DNA of 32,000 bases. Source: an uncultured bacterium. GTDB lineage: Bacteria > Auribacterota > JACPWU01. Below the pieces are notes generated by a model. It worked only from the letters and a program-made list of their open reading frames with translations. It did no database searches and was not told where the DNA came from. The DNA lies in contig CAZXEQ010000001.1 in the NCBI GenBank assembly GCA_964640155.1, forward strand, positions 426,403-458,402, in the 5' to 3' direction. Position 1 is the first letter of the stretch. Every line of letters starts with the position of its first letter. Below, one piece after another: positions 1 through 7,952 of this stretch. The position numbers and the translations under genes are program-made.

Positions 1-10
1 GGGGAAAAGT

Positions 11-664
11 ATGAAAGCTCAAACGGTTCATCCTATTAAAGTAGAAATTGGAGAAGAAGTCCCTGTATTTCCTCTTCCTAATTCTGTTCTTTTCCCTTAT
101 GCCGAACTCCCCTTGTACATTTTTGAACCACGTTATAAACAAATGCTTGAAGACTGTATCCAGGGAAATTCTCTTTTGGCCATTGCCCTTCTGAAAAAAG
201 GTTGGGAACAACATCAAGAGCCCTTGCCCTGTTATGACACGGTTGGCGTAGGATACGTGAAATTTTCAGTTCAAGATCAAGAGGGCAATTTTAATATGAT
301 TCTGAAAGGGATTGGCCCTGCCAAAATTGTAGAATATGTACAATGGGAACCCTATCGTATTGCCAAAGTAAGTCCCCTCACAAGTAAACAGGAAGAATCT
401 CAAAACATTTTGTCACAAATGAGAAAACTATCAAAACTCTTTTCTGAAAAAGCATTTCGCACAAAGAGAATGACGGAAGAGGAAATTCACGCGATTGAAA
501 AAATGACGGATCCTGAAGAGCTTTTTGGTTTAGCTGCTCACACAGCCCATATTGACTTCTACACTAAGCAAAGTCTTTTAGAGACAGTCAATACAAGCGA
601 AAAATTTGATCGATTGATCAAAATACTTGAAGATGAATTGTTGAAACTCAAAGCAAAATCTTAA
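11..664 (+). CDS. Stand-alone LON N-terminal (substrate-binding, PUA-like) domain protein
   Basis: 217-aa ORF. The N-terminus VPVFPLPNSVLFPYAELPLYIFEPRYKQML is the typical opening of the Lon N-terminal domain. No AAA+ or protease domain follows. Confidence 0.7.
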   Translation: MKAQTVHPIKVEIGEEVPVFPLPNSVLFPYAELPLYIFEPRYKQMLEDCIQGNSLLAIALLKKGWEQHQEPLPCYDTVGVGYVKFSVQDQEGNFNMILKGIGPAKIVEYVQWEPYRIAKVSPLTSKQEESQNILSQMRKLSKLFSEKAFRTKRMTEEEIHAIEKMTDPEELFGLAAHTAHIDFYTKQSLLETVNTSEKFDRLIKILEDELLKLKAKS

Positions 665-682
665 TTCATTTTTTCTTCTATA

Positions 683-1732
683 TTAAAAAATAAGATTATA
701 AATCCATCCCAAAATTAAAATCTGTGGAACACAAATTAAAAGCATCCACAAAGCTGTTCGTTTTCCAAGATTGGACCAAACCAAACCAATCTCTGTGTAA
801 TCTGTAGCAACTCCTGCCATCAAAAAAACAAAACTATTTCCTAAAGCTCCTGTTTGTCGATAAATTTCAAACGCCAAGGGAGCAGATCCTTCCGAGCATA
901 TTTCTATAAGAGTTGCACAAGTTAAGGTGATAAAAAGACCTATAAAATCAGGCCCTAAAAATCGATGAAAAATCCCGGGAGGAACATAAGCTGAAGTTGC
1001 GCTTGCAATCACAAATCCTAAAACCATCCACCACAATACCATTTGAGAGAGTTCCCATATCCCCTTCACAACACCTCGAGCATCTTGAATCAATCCAGGC
1101 CAACTAAAACAATATTCTTCCCATCTTCTAGAAATATCTTTTCTAATAGAAAAATCTTCATTCACAGAAACGCTATGAATATTTTTTTCAATCTTTCCTT
1201 TGGTTTCTAACTTTTGAAAAATAAAACCTGTCGTTAAGGCAATCAGAAAAGCCGAAACAACAATAAGAAATCCTTTGATACCAAAAAAAGCAAATAGCAA
1301 AAAAGTAATCGGAATATTTGCCCATGGACTTGCAAGTAAAAAACTAACCACAGACGGACCACTTGCCCCTTTTTTATGTAGCTGCATTCCTAAAGCCAGA
1401 ATACCATGGCTACAAGCACTCATTAAAAATCCTAAACCAACAGAATAAAAAATAGTTCGCTTATGTTTTTGCGCTAATAATTTTGAGATATATGTTTTAG
1501 GGATGTAATAATCAATCATTCCTCCCAAAACAAGACCTATCGCCATTGCCCACCAAATCATTTTTATATAATGTCCAAAGGCGTTATTAAATGGTTTCAA
1601 AATGGGAATAAAAAGCCCTAAAAATAAAACAAATAAAAGGCTGGCTGTAATCAACAGTAGCTTGTCTTTATACCAATGCCATTTTTTTTGAGAAGATTCA
1701 CAACAAGAATGCTCGTGAGAAATATTTTCCAT
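683..1732 (-). CDS. Polytopic permease of the PF03773 / DUF318 (ArsP-like, UPF0718) type with an N-terminal His/Cys patch
   Basis: 349-aa ORF, highly hydrophobic with about 8-10 predicted TM segments. N-terminal HEHSCCESS motif. Its start codon is 1 nt after the stop of the upstream ABC-3 permease (TAA-A-ATG), implying translational coupling. Confidence 0.6.
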   Translation of the reverse strand: MENISHEHSCCESSQKKWHWYKDKLLLITASLLFVLFLGLFIPILKPFNNAFGHYIKMIWWAMAIGLVLGGMIDYYIPKTYISKLLAQKHKRTIFYSVGLGFLMSACSHGILALGMQLHKKGASGPSVVSFLLASPWANIPITFLLFAFFGIKGFLIVVSAFLIALTTGFIFQKLETKGKIEKNIHSVSVNEDFSIRKDISRRWEEYCFSWPGLIQDARGVVKGIWELSQMVLWWMVLGFVIASATSAYVPPGIFHRFLGPDFIGLFITLTCATLIEICSEGSAPLAFEIYRQTGALGNSFVFLMAGVATDYTEIGLVWSNLGKRTALWMLLICVPQILILGWIYNLIF

Positions 1733-1733
1733 T

Positions 1734-2564
1734 TTATATACGCCTATTTAAAAAAAGACCTACCAAAACACAAAGAAAAAGAGTGACGCCAAAAGTACAT
1801 ACAATCGCAGCACCCGTAGGAAGATCTAAATAATAAGAAGCTGTAATTCCAGCGATACTGGTCAAAACCCCCAAAATCCATCCAAAAGTTAAGCGACGAC
1901 CCACCCCATGAAAAAGCCATGCAGCACAGACAGAAGGAACCACAAGAAAAGCAAAAACAAGTAAAATACCACCTATTTCAACTGAGCTTGTCACCACAAA
2001 ACCAAAGGTAATGTAAAAAAAGAAATCCCAAAGACGAACTTTTAGTCCTTTTTCAAAAGCTTGATGTACATCTTGAGAAATAAGTAAAAGCGGTTTTCGA
2101 AAGAACCAATGCAAAATTCCAATGACAGTATAAATCACGCCCATTTTAATCAATTCAGAGGGTTGAACAAATAACAAATGTCCTACCAAAAGAGATTTTA
2201 ACTCTTCTCCGCCCTCTGGGGCGCGACTTAAAATTAAAATTACCGCTGAAGCACAAACCACATAAACAATTCCAATGATTGCTTCGTGTGGGACACGCGG
2301 TTTACGGAATCGAGTGAGAGAAAAAATCACAGCTCCAATAAACGTAAATCCCAATGACATAAAATAACTTCCATTCGAATGAAGCCCATAACCCAAAATG
2401 TAGCCTACAGTGGCCCCAAGCGCTGCAATCTGCGCCAAAGCCAGATCTACAAAAATGACTCCTCTTTCAATCACATGAAGACCCAAATAGGTATGAATGC
2501 CCGTTAAAATAAGGCAAGCAATAAACGGCAATATCATGAGATCAAAAAATTCAAACATAACCAC
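1734..2564 (-). CDS. Metal ABC transporter permease, ABC-3 family (ZnuB/MntB/TroD-like)
   Basis: 276-aa hydrophobic ORF with the size and layout of ABC-3 permeases (FFDLMILPFIACLILTGIHTYLGLHVIERGVIFVDLALAQIAALG). Same strand as a TroA/ZnuA-type binding protein. GAGGTGG Shine-Dalgarno upstream. Confidence 0.85.
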   Translation of the reverse strand: MVMFEFFDLMILPFIACLILTGIHTYLGLHVIERGVIFVDLALAQIAALGATVGYILGYGLHSNGSYFMSLGFTFIGAVIFSLTRFRKPRVPHEAIIGIVYVVCASAVILILSRAPEGGEELKSLLVGHLLFVQPSELIKMGVIYTVIGILHWFFRKPLLLISQDVHQAFEKGLKVRLWDFFFYITFGFVVTSSVEIGGILLVFAFLVVPSVCAAWLFHGVGRRLTFGWILGVLTSIAGITASYYLDLPTGAAIVCTFGVTLFLCVLVGLFLNRRI

Positions 2565-2579
2565 CTCATCTGAACATCG

Positions 2580-2659
2580 GCAAGGAAATTTTTATGACAC
2601 GTCCTCTGTCTCCACCGTAGCCATCAGACTCGCAGATACGGTCCTAAAAATTTCCTTGC
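2580..2659. repeat. Perfect 15-bp inverted repeat (GCAAGGAAATTTTTA / TAAAAATTTCCTTGC) enclosing a 50-nt GC-rich loop
   Basis: Arms at 2580-2594 and 2645-2659 are exact reverse complements. The element lies 16 nt upstream of the ABC-3 permease start in the direction of transcription, and no T-tract follows it. Confidence 0.7.
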
Positions 2660-2738
2660 TAGTTAAAATTTAGAAATAAATGCGTATATGGAGTATTAAG
2701 CATAGCTTGATGAAACTTAAATGCCGAGTTATGACTAT

Positions 2739-2886
2739 CGTCCAACAGAGTGTGAAGACCATTGGAAATCGAACGAGCATGGGATCCCGATTGATCTGGA
2801 TGAGTGAGATTTCCTTTGAGTTCGTTTACCTCGCCGGGGGAAACGAACGTGTCTGAACGCTCTGTTGGACGATTCATCTGTACCCT
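2739..2886. repeat. Structured repeat element, copy E1 (three-way-junction fold; candidate ncRNA or MITE-like element)
   Basis: Shares long identical blocks with 8177-8287: CAACAGAGTGTGAAGACCATTGGA, CCTTTGAGTTC, TTTACCTCGC and AACGTGTCTGAAC. Outer stem 2739-2752 / 2858-2871, plus two internal hairpins. Confidence 0.75.
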
Positions 2887-2901
2887 AGTCGATACTACAA
2901 T

Positions 2902-3819
2902 TTATTTCTCTAAAGTTTCAACCACCTGTTTTACATTATAGTCTATCATATGGATGTAATCAGAAGCTTGAGGCAATTCTCCCACATTTTGACAAAGAAG
3001 AAGCACTTTAATCCCCGTTTTTTGAGCCACAGCTTGTGACGCATTTTTAGGGAAATAATCTGAATGAATAATGCCCCGAATCCCTTTTGATTTGATACGT
3101 TCTTCCACAAGTCTAACTTGATTAGGAGTAGGAGGAATCCCGGGTTTAGGCTCTAAAAATAACTCGATTTTCAAATCTAAAAAAGTTGTGAAATAAATCC
3201 ATTCATTGTGATACGCAATGAACTCTTGGCCTTTATAAGGATTTATTAAACTTTTCCACTCCGAAATTTTTTGATCCAGAAGATCCAAAAAAGATTTCAG
3301 ATTTTGATGAAATAGATTTTCAGATTGAGGATCGAGTTCACATAATTTATCACAAATTGTCTGAGCCATTTTTTTACCATTCTCTGGGTTCATCCAATAA
3401 TGAGGATTTCCATAAACATGAATATCTCCAGAGGCACGAGTTAAAGAAGAAGTGGGGATTTCTAAAAGCTCAATACCTCGGGATAAATCTAACTCTTTAG
3501 ATCCCTCTGGACGAACTTCTGCATTGCCTGTAGCATCGACCAAAGACCAACGCCAAGCTTCAAGATCCAGGCCTGCATGAACAAAGAGATCGGCTCTCTT
3601 CACCCTCAAAACATCACTGGGTTTGGCCTCAATGAAATGAGGATTAAAACGAGGAGAAGCAATATAAGAAACATCCACTTGTTCCCCTCCAATTGTTTTA
3701 ACTAAATCAGCAAACGTGGACAATGTAGTAACGATCTTTAATTTTCCTGCTGCATAACTTGGTAAATTTGAAATAAAACAGAAAATAAATACCATCAAAA
3801 ATTTTAAGGCTTTACACAT
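2902..3819 (-). CDS. Metal ABC transporter substrate-binding protein (TroA/ZnuA, cluster A-I type), secreted
   Basis: 305-aa ORF with a signal peptide. Family-typical segments include KIVTTLSTFADLV, HVYGNPHYWMNP and YHNEWIYF. It is adjacent to the ABC-3 permease. Confidence 0.85.
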   Translation of the reverse strand: MCKALKFLMVFIFCFISNLPSYAAGKLKIVTTLSTFADLVKTIGGEQVDVSYIASPRFNPHFIEAKPSDVLRVKRADLFVHAGLDLEAWRWSLVDATGNAEVRPEGSKELDLSRGIELLEIPTSSLTRASGDIHVYGNPHYWMNPENGKKMAQTICDKLCELDPQSENLFHQNLKSFLDLLDQKISEWKSLINPYKGQEFIAYHNEWIYFTTFLDLKIELFLEPKPGIPPTPNQVRLVEERIKSKGIRGIIHSDYFPKNASQAVAQKTGIKVLLLCQNVGELPQASDYIHMIDYNVKQVVETLEK

Positions 3820-3887
3820 ATATTCTCCTTTAAGAAATCAAACATACCTAATTCTAAATTTTTGATATTTAATTTTTGATTTTTTAG

Positions 3888-5267
3888 TTATTGCAATTGA
3901 TGTTTGTGCACACCAATGGCAAAAGCTCCTTGTAAAAAGATACGATCATCGTCATTGCCATCTGCAAATTCAACATGTTGATATTGCAATCTCCAACGAG
4001 CAAATTCACTTTGATGAAAAGTCAAATAAGTGCTTGCACCAATATCGGCTTCATTGGAAGCATCGAAAGCAATATCTGTTGGGATAACATAATCGAAACG
4101 CCCCCCAATGCTCCACCTTTGAGCCAAACGATAATCAACAATTGCATAAAGACCCCAAGGATTATCCTCAAAAGAATCAGAAGCAAGTTCTTCTCCTGCC
4201 TCATCTAAACTTTCTTCAACAAGTTGAGCTGATTCTTCTTCACTCGAGGTAAAAGCTTCATCTCTATCCTGAAAATAAAATTCACTTTGAATTTTTAGTC
4301 GATGAATCGGATCTACATAATGAATCAGTGTCACATCAATACCCAATGCATTAACTTCATATTCAGAATCTTCATCACTGGAACCCAATAAATAAGTTCC
4401 CCCAAGTTCAAAATTTGTAACATCTGAAATATCCCAGAAATTCTTTAAATGCGCATAAAAAGAAGGCCGTCGTCGCGTCTCTCCAAAAAGTGTTCCATCT
4501 TCTCCAATGCCACCTTCCATCACACCTACGGTCAGGTCGTGTGTGACTTGCTCCCATGGAAAAGGAATAAACCATGAAAGCTCCAATCCTGTTCGATAAA
4601 GGCCCTCCACGCCAAAGTAATTTTGAACTACCAAAGGTTCATCGACTGTATCAAGAGCATCGCGATGTACTGCACTCGCCTTACCTATCTTGGGTCTTAT
4701 TCTCCCAACACGCCCTTTTAATTCAAAAGGTAAACCCCAATAAGTAATATAGGCTTCTTCAATCGCAGGCTCTTCGAAATCAGAAAGCGTTAATGTAGAA
4801 TCAAACCTTGCATAAGGATCTATATCATGGGCAAAAACCAACTCTATCTCTCTGACACTGATTTTATCATTGCCTTCTCGATCTTCACGACTTTGAGAAA
4901 TGATGGCAGCGACGTCTGCAACAACACCGATTTCCGGATTGAAGGCTTGTAGCCCCTGTTTAAAACCTCCTGTCCAGACGGGTCCAGAAAATGTAGAAAC
5001 GACTGGAGGAGGTGCGGGAGTAACTGTAGAAGCTAAACCCTGATCCATTTGGGTCTTTAAAGTTTGATTTTCTGCCTCAAGCTTCTGAATCTGTTGCTGC
5101 TGAGTTTCAACTTTTAGACTTAGCTCTTGAACCGCTTGGGTTAAACCTTGTATCGATTCTTTTAACGCTTGTAAATCTTCTGAGGGCGTCTCTTCAGCTC
5201 TGACAAAGAATCCAAGACAAAACATTAAAACAAAAGAAAATAATAATTTTTTCATACAAATCTCCAT
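3888..5267 (-). CDS. Outer-membrane porin-like beta-barrel with an N-terminal coiled coil
   Basis: 459-aa ORF. A signal peptide (an alternative start MKKLLFSF lies 12 nt in) is followed by a heptad-like Q/E/L-rich stretch (LQALKESIQGLTQAVQELSLKVETQQQQIQKLEAENQTLKTQ). The rest alternates aromatic and Gly residues, as in beta-strand-rich proteins. It is upstream of the binding protein on the same strand. Confidence 0.55.
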   Translation of the reverse strand: MEICMKKLLFSFVLMFCLGFFVRAEETPSEDLQALKESIQGLTQAVQELSLKVETQQQQIQKLEAENQTLKTQMDQGLASTVTPAPPPVVSTFSGPVWTGGFKQGLQAFNPEIGVVADVAAIISQSREDREGNDKISVREIELVFAHDIDPYARFDSTLTLSDFEEPAIEEAYITYWGLPFELKGRVGRIRPKIGKASAVHRDALDTVDEPLVVQNYFGVEGLYRTGLELSWFIPFPWEQVTHDLTVGVMEGGIGEDGTLFGETRRRPSFYAHLKNFWDISDVTNFELGGTYLLGSSDEDSEYEVNALGIDVTLIHYVDPIHRLKIQSEFYFQDRDEAFTSSEEESAQLVEESLDEAGEELASDSFEDNPWGLYAIVDYRLAQRWSIGGRFDYVIPTDIAFDASNEADIGASTYLTFHQSEFARWRLQYQHVEFADGNDDDRIFLQGAFAIGVHKHQLQ

Positions 5268-5328
5268 AAAATAAATGAAACAAAACCCATCTGAGTGACG
5301 AATAAAAGTTAGAGAAATGAGAAAAAAT

Positions 5329-5628
5329 TTATCGAGGAGGAGCTCTAGAAAAGTTTAAGACAAGAACAGAAGAACATTTAGGCAATTGATAATTTGAAAC
5401 AATACTTAAAGCAGGAAGATTTTGAAAAAATTCTGTGGGAGAATTAAATATCCCATGAGTAGAAAAACCATTTTGAATTTTACAAACCAAACACGCGTGC
5501 GTTTGATCGACCTCTAACCCTGATTCTTGATGAGAGTGAAGAGAGGAGACAGCAACAAAAGAAATAACTGTTGCCATCATCAATAGTGATTGAATAAAAA
5601 ATTGAAAAGAAACTCCTCTTTTTTGCAT
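5329..5628 (-). CDS. Small membrane-anchored His/Cys protein (DUF2946-like guess)
   Basis: The tracked ORF runs 5329-5694, but MQKRGVSFQFFIQSLLMMATVISFVAV at 5628 looks like the real signal-anchor start. It carries an HSHQ...HACLVC motif and is the first gene of the porin/ABC cluster. Confidence 0.35.
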   Translation of the reverse strand: MQKRGVSFQFFIQSLLMMATVISFVAVSSLHSHQESGLEVDQTHACLVCKIQNGFSTHGIFNSPTEFFQNLPALSIVSNYQLPKCSSVLVLNFSRAPPR

Positions 5629-5746
5629 ATTTCTAATCGTACACTTTGCTATTTTTATCGTCAAGGCTTCATGAGAAAATTTATTCTCCAACATGAATAT
5701 GATAAGATCATTGCATTAAATTTTTCTACTATCACGGAAACATTGA

Positions 5747-6922
5747 ATGTTTAAGATCAAAGGAATTCCTAAGACAGTTTTCATTTTTGGATTGGTAAGT
5801 CTTCTTACAGACACTTCAGCTGAAATGATTTACCCTCTTCTTCCCCTTTTTCTGACACAACATCTAGGAGCAGGACAATGGTTTATCGGATTAATAGAAG
5901 GGATCGCTGAATTTACAGCTTCAATATTTACTCTCATCTCCGGATCTTTTGCCGATCAAGCTAAGGACCGCAGCAAATTGGTTCTTTCAGGATACACCTT
6001 ATCTTCTTTAGCACGTCCCCTAATTTCCATTGCTTGGAATCCTTGGGTTGTTTTGTTCATTCGTTTTTCAGATCGAATGGGAAAAGGGATTCGTACCTCT
6101 CCTAGAGACGCTATTATTGCTGACTCAGTGGCTTGCGAACATCGAGGAAAAGCATTTGGGCTTCAACGTTCTTTAGATCACGCAGGCGCCATTCTCGGAC
6201 CTCTCATTGCTAGTTTTCTTTTAGCCGGTTGGATTACCAACTTACGCATTCTTTTTGCATGCGCTGCTATTCCTGGTGTACTTGCTGTTTTACTGATCAT
6301 TTGGAAGGTGCGAGAAGTACGCGTCAATAGACCAGAAAAAACTTCTCTTTCTTTTAAACTGCCTTCCGGACGACTCCGCATTTATTTTACCATTTATTTT
6401 CTATTTCTTTTAGGTTGCTCTTCTGACGCTTTTCTCTTACTACGCTGTACTGAATTGGGAATCCCTCAAGCAATGATTCCAATAATATGGATGGCGTTCA
6501 ATGCCGTAAAAGCAGTGATTACGTTACCTCTAGGAGCGCTTTCAGATCGATGGGGGCGAAGACGGACTTTACTCATAGGGTGGTTGATTTATGCTGCTGT
6601 TTATGTGGGGCTCGCCTATGCGCATACTCCCATCCATGCATGGATTCTTTTTTCTCTTTATGGATTATTTTATGGCTTCACCGAAGGAGGTGAAAGAGCT
6701 TTGCTTGCAGATTATTCCCATGCTGAAGAAAGAGGACGTATTTATGGGTGGCATTATTTATTGACCGGCGTAGGATCTCTTTTGGCTAGCATTCTCTTTG
6801 GGATACTTTGGCAATCTTTGGGTTCTCGAATAGCTTTTTTAACGAGCGCTTCTATTTCTGGAGTAGCTGCTGTATTACTTTTTATATTTATTTTAAAACA
6901 TCCCTCTCCGACAAAGAAATAA
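5747..6922 (+). CDS. MFS transporter
   Basis: 391-aa ORF with about 12 TM segments. MFS loop motifs are present (DRMGKGIRTSPRDA and LSDRWGRRRTLL). Confidence 0.8.
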   Translation: MFKIKGIPKTVFIFGLVSLLTDTSAEMIYPLLPLFLTQHLGAGQWFIGLIEGIAEFTASIFTLISGSFADQAKDRSKLVLSGYTLSSLARPLISIAWNPWVVLFIRFSDRMGKGIRTSPRDAIIADSVACEHRGKAFGLQRSLDHAGAILGPLIASFLLAGWITNLRILFACAAIPGVLAVLLIIWKVREVRVNRPEKTSLSFKLPSGRLRIYFTIYFLFLLGCSSDAFLLLRCTELGIPQAMIPIIWMAFNAVKAVITLPLGALSDRWGRRRTLLIGWLIYAAVYVGLAYAHTPIHAWILFSLYGLFYGFTEGGERALLADYSHAEERGRIYGWHYLLTGVGSLLASILFGILWQSLGSRIAFLTSASISGVAAVLLFIFILKHPSPTKK

Positions 6923-6927
6923 TAGGG

Positions 6928-7461
6928 TCATATCTTTGTATAAATTTCTTGCCAGTATAAAACTGTATCTGTGATTGTTTCCTGGGGCTTTTTACTTGCC
7001 AAACTATCCATATCAAGTTGACCCACACATTCTAATAACTTGATTATTTCCTCTATTTCTTTTTTTGAAAATTCCGTGGTTATCTTTTTTAGACTTTTTA
7101 TCTTTTCCAAATCTTTTTTATCATGTTCTATCCATAGCCAAACGGGAAATGGTAATTCTTCAAAGGAAGAAGATCTTTCAACTTCTTGTGCTAATGCCGA
7201 AAGTGCTCCTTTGAGATAATAGCGAAAAACTTTCGGATCTAAACTACAAAAACTATAAGGGTCTATTTCATCTTCAATAATTCTATTTTTGGACAAAATA
7301 AGATCTCGCAACTCTTGCCAATTATATTTCCTATACCAAACAAAATCACTTTTCTGTTCATGTTCCTCACAACAACCAATCATTTTTATTTCTGAAAACG
7401 GAGGTTTTACAGGCTCTGGCCACGATTCAAATTGATGAATAAGTTCGGATAAATTAATCAT
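6928..7461 (-). CDS. Hypothetical acidic cytoplasmic protein (orphan)
   Basis: 177-aa ORF with no TM segment or signal peptide and rich in E/K/D. I recognise no family. It begins 24 nt downstream (minus sense) of the tRNA-Val-linked repeat array. Confidence 0.45.
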   Translation of the reverse strand: MINLSELIHQFESWPEPVKPPFSEIKMIGCCEEHEQKSDFVWYRKYNWQELRDLILSKNRIIEDEIDPYSFCSLDPKVFRYYLKGALSALAQEVERSSSFEELPFPVWLWIEHDKKDLEKIKSLKKITTEFSKKEIEEIIKLLECVGQLDMDSLASKKPQETITDTVLYWQEIYTKI

Positions 7462-7484
7462 TTTTTATCAGAAAATTTTCCTAT

Positions 7485-7952
7485 CCTTCAAAGAACTCAA
7501 AGTCATTGCGATCGAATTAGCATCTTAAGATCTGGGCGATAGAGGGCTCGGCGCCTTCGTGCTCCACTTCGTTTCGCCCTACGGTCGGCCATCCGTCCCG
7601 ACCAAATGTCATCCATCATGCACCTCATGATGGATATTAGTGTTCTGTCGGGACTCCATTCGAGCCCTCTAGGGAATTTTTAAAACCTTCTAAGAACTTA
7701 AAGTCTTTGCAATCGAATAAACATCTTAAAATCTGGGCGATAGAGGGCTCGGCGCCTTCGTGCTCCACTTCGTTTCGCCCTACGGTCGGCCATCCGTCCC
7801 GACCAAATGTCATCCATCATGCACCTCATGATGGATATTAGTGTTCTGTCGGGACTCCATTCGAGCCCTCTAGGGAATTTTTAAAACCTTCTAAGAACTT
7901 AAAGTCTTTGCAATCGAATAAACATCTTAAAATCTGGGCGATAGAGGGCTCG
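7485..7952. repeat. Tandem repeat array of two identical 201-bp units (7533-7733 and 7734-7934), plus a diverged partial spacer (7485-7532) and an 18-nt third start (7935-7952) that is the tRNA-Val 3' end
   Basis: Direct comparison shows no differences between the two 201-bp units. Each starts with TGGGCGATAGAGGGCTCG, the reverse complement of the last 18 nt of the adjacent tRNA-Val. The 7485-7532 segment matches the unit spacer at 41 of 48 positions. Confidence 0.9.

Noticed and set aside
2659-2877. Tracked 72-aa ORF, which shares the peptide-like stretch SDTF-x3-P-x-EVNELKG with the 84-aa ORF at 8035-8289
   Set aside because: The similarity is at nucleotide level. After a 35-nt (non-triplet) length difference, the shared sequence CCAATGGTCTTCACACTCTGTTG is read in different frames in the two ORFs (SNGLHTLL versus LQWSSHSV). 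The conserved parts map onto paired stems. It is therefore treated as a structured repeat, not a CDS.
2739-2886. Element E as a hammerhead ribozyme or a known metal riboswitch (yybP-ykoY, NiCo/czcD, M-box)
   Set aside because: No CUGAUGA plus GAAA core is shared by both copies; a CUGGAUGAG-like string exists only in the E1-specific insert. Junction lengths (11, 5 and 9 nt) do not fit a hammerhead. I see no signature sequences of the named riboswitches, and copy E2 is not in a 5' leader.
2565-2901. A decayed ABC ATPase pseudogene in the gap between the binding-protein and permease genes
   Set aside because: The gap is only 337 bp and is fully accounted for by two structured elements. No frame shows Walker A/B or ABC-signature remnants.
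5629-5694. N-terminal extensions of tracked ORFs (5629-5694, 21637-21681, 22851-22886)
   Set aside because: The internal ATGs give canonical N-termini: a signal anchor MQKRG, MPKKYF without overlap of the upstream gene, and the conserved SucC start MKIHEYQAK. The longer forms are open-reading-frame artefacts.
7485-7952. The tandem repeats as a CRISPR array
   Set aside because: There are only two full units of 201 bp, and the inter-repeat sequences are identical rather than unique spacers. The repeat boundary is a tRNA 3' end, and no cas genes are present.
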